64,000 nucleotides of DNA from Octopus vulgaris (lineage: Eukaryota). The notes under the pieces are model-generated. The model saw nothing but the letters and a program-made list of their open reading frames with translations. It had not been told where the DNA came from and did not search any database. The stretch lies in the NCBI GenBank assembly GCA_951406725.2, contig OX597828.1:19282001-19346000 (forward strand). The letters are read 5' to 3'. This document shows, in pieces, positions 61,377-64,000 of the stretch (the stretch's first letter is position 1; each line of letters starts with the position of its first letter). Position numbers and translations under genes: made by a program.

Positions 61377-63490
61377 CGATTTCTGTTTATTTCATATATT
61401 AAAACTTTCACTACTGTATAACTGAGAAAAATACCTTAACATTTTAACTTATATATCAATACTTTACTAATTCCTCTAAAATATCTGTAAACAAATATTT
61501 CATATATCTATACAGCTATAAAATATAATAAAATATAAAGCCATAATCCTATATTGTTGTATTTCGGAATGGTCATTTTGCCAGTTTAGCCAATAAAAAC
61601 ACACGCACTATATATTTGGTGTTACTTTGCTTCAGTGTTATTTATTTTTTACATTAATCTTAATCTTATTTCGGCCAGAGTTCTTTCGTCACACTCCTGT
61701 GACCACATCAGTGGTCCTTTGCTTTCTTCTTTCTTATTTGTGTCTCACCTTACTAACTGTCAGCCATTTTGTGTTTCTATTGTATGTGTCTTCATTTGCG
61801 CATGTGTATATCTCTATGTGCATCTATGTTTCAACACACAACTTCACATAAAAAAATCTTGCTCATCAAATATATGAACGTAACATAATCCTGTAATTGT
61901 TGATTTTGTGTTATTATTATTATTTATTTTTTTTGTGTGTATCAAGTGTGAATATATTTCCAAGACTTTGCAGGTTCTGTGACAAACTTCTTACTTTTAT
62001 GTTATCTAAATTGTAACCTTCCATCAAAATATTATTCTAATTTATGTCCCAAACACCAGTTTAGTAATCCTTTCTACTGGAAGTACAAGGCCTCAAATTT
62101 GTGGGAAGGGATTAAGTCGATGACATCGACCCCAGTACGTAACTGGTACTTATTTGATCGACCCCGAAAGGATGATGAGCAAAGTCGACCTTGGTAGAAT
62201 TTGAACTTAGAATGTGATGACAGATGAAATACCGCAAAGCATTTTGCCCAGGGTGCTAAAGATTCTGCCAGCTTGCTGCCCTAAAACACCAGCTTAATAA
62301 TGACAAAGTTATATCACTAAATTCTTCATTATTTTGAAAATTAATTGGAACAAAGGCAATGCAATTCAGCAGAGATATGGTAGAGAATTAGTTAGAGATA
62401 TTTAAACAGAGTTCTCAGCATTTAACACTACTAAATTGAGGAAAACAATCATTATTTAGCTGTAGGTTCACATTGTCTTTGGTCATTATATGTTTCTTTA
62501 CTGGCCACACAGGACTGAAATACAGAGGGGAAAAAATATAAAGTAGAGCTTTTCTTTTGGGGAAGAAGAAGAAAAGAAGAAAAAAAAAGTTGGTCGAATT
62601 CCGATCAAAAGGGATCGTGAAAAAAAAAAATGGTGGTGGGAGTGTAATCAATAGGGATCGTGTATCACAGAAATGTCAATGTAAAAAGAGAAAACAGATT
62701 AAGTTTATCCATGGAAAGAAAAGCCTACAGAAAAGACCACGGAAACCTTCGGCAATAGTGTCATGCAAAAATAAACACATTACAGTAAGTGGCTCTCTTT
62801 TCCCCTTTTTTTTTTTGGTTCGTAGGATTATGCTCAAGCTGGCTCTGTCATTCACACATGCCATCCTTGCTACATTCACCCATCTTTTTTTTAAACATTC
62901 ACTAGACAAAACTTCCCTCTCTACTCTCACCTTCCTCTTCAAATAATACACATACACATTCTTTCACTATAGCCACAAGTACAATGAAAATGGTTCTTCC
63001 TTCCAGTTTCAAGGAAGGTGGCACGACAATATTCACGATAGACTCATCTTTTGTCATTAGAAATTCTTTAAAGAAACAGGGTTTAATAAATAAATATCTG
63101 AGACAAATAATTGTATAAAACTCTATCCTACGTTTATCACATCTGTATTTTATCTTGGTTCATCATTACTATCATTCTTATGATATTAGAAACTATTTGA
63201 AAAGCCTTGACATTTATGTGTACATCTTATTCTGGATTTCTGTTAAGAGATTTGCTCTACTCACATCTTCAAGTCAGTGCCCCAGTATGGTTGGAGTTTA
63301 ATAACTGAAACGCGTAAAAGAATGAAAATTATGATGAATCCATTTTAGTTTCATGATGGGATAATATAGAACAAACACTAAAGACCAAAAGTACAACTTG
63401 TTGGGTAGTGTTGTAAGACACAGGAATATGTTGGAAGAGTTTTATCACAAAACTTATGGAATCCATATTCAGTGTTAGCAACGTCAAATG

Positions 63491-64000
63491 TCTTCACCGA
63501 CATATTAAAGGTGATGGCAGCCGTTTTCCTAATGTTAGCCTCATCCTTCTTGATGTAGTGAACAGTGGATCTGTTCACGCTAAAATGGCAGCGAAAGTTC
63601 TCCCTTCCTTCAACATATCCAGAAGTTTCACCTTCTCAGCAATCGACATCATTCTTTGTTTGCATTTAGGCTCAGTATCAGCCTTGGAAGAAGCAGCACG
63701 CTTGGGAGCCATTGCAGGGGATGAAAATGCAAAATTCAACACAAAGAAACAAAAAGAATTACACACTGCACAGCGTAAAATAGTACAGTAAACCACTCAG
63801 CGAGAAAGCTTGAAACGAAATGGCCATGAAAGGGAAGATGCTGCAGATCTGAGCGTCAGTCAAAGCACCAATCACAGGCCAGATTACAAAATAGGAAGCT
63901 GCTATTCGTCATCTCTCTCCATTGCACCAATCACAGCCTGTCTTAAGTTCAAATACCCCTGTATATGCTTTTTTGCTATTTTATGCTTGTTTTGTTGTTC
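63491..64000 (-). mobile_element. Tigger/pogo fragment, third copy (truncated by the window end)
   Basis: Matches the 32483 copy, including the 10-bp deletion. Confidence 0.8.

Larger units (their letters stand above)
35579..64000. repeat. Segmental tandem duplication, unit 2 (runs off the window end)
   Basis: Colinear with unit 1. Offset is 35188 at the gene start (23801/58989) and ~31008 after gene D (32370/63378). Confidence 0.95.

Noticed and set aside
35579-64000. Unit 2 as a pure assembly duplicate of unit 1
   Set aside because: Many substitutions, unit-specific insertions with TSDs and a different gene content show real divergence. Two divergent haplotypes placed in tandem cannot be fully excluded without reads.

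Overview
AT-rich, microsatellite- and SINE-dense eukaryotic DNA. The repeat families resemble those I recall from octopod cephalopods; this is unverified. The window holds two copies of a ~35.6 kb tandem segmental duplication (unit 1 = 1-35578; unit 2 = 35579 to the window end). The only host genes are intronless VIT+vWA (VWA5A-like) CDSs: A 23801-26095, B 28093-30369, pseudogene C 33467-35544 and D 58989-61376. Their ~577-aa N-terminal body and ~105-aa C-terminal domain are almost invariant, but between them lies a hypervariable, swappable segment: K/R-rich N-half in A/C, acidic in B, and a composite in D. C and D look like reciprocal chimeras of A-type and B-type genes. Each CDS has a splice acceptor exactly 16 nt before its ATG, and one strong candidate donor lies ~18-19 kb upstream in each unit. 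Comparing the two units exposes a full-length degenerate Ty3/Gypsy LTR retrotransposon with its empty site, a 1.67 kb solo-LTR-like insertion, and several deletions and templated insertions. Also present are a candidate type I hammerhead ribozyme in a Penelope-like inverted arrangement, non-autonomous Helitrons, Tigger/pogo, mariner and RTE fragments, a foldback element with telomere-like repeats, and three tRNA-derived SINE families. All alignments were done by eye, so repeat coordinates are approximate.
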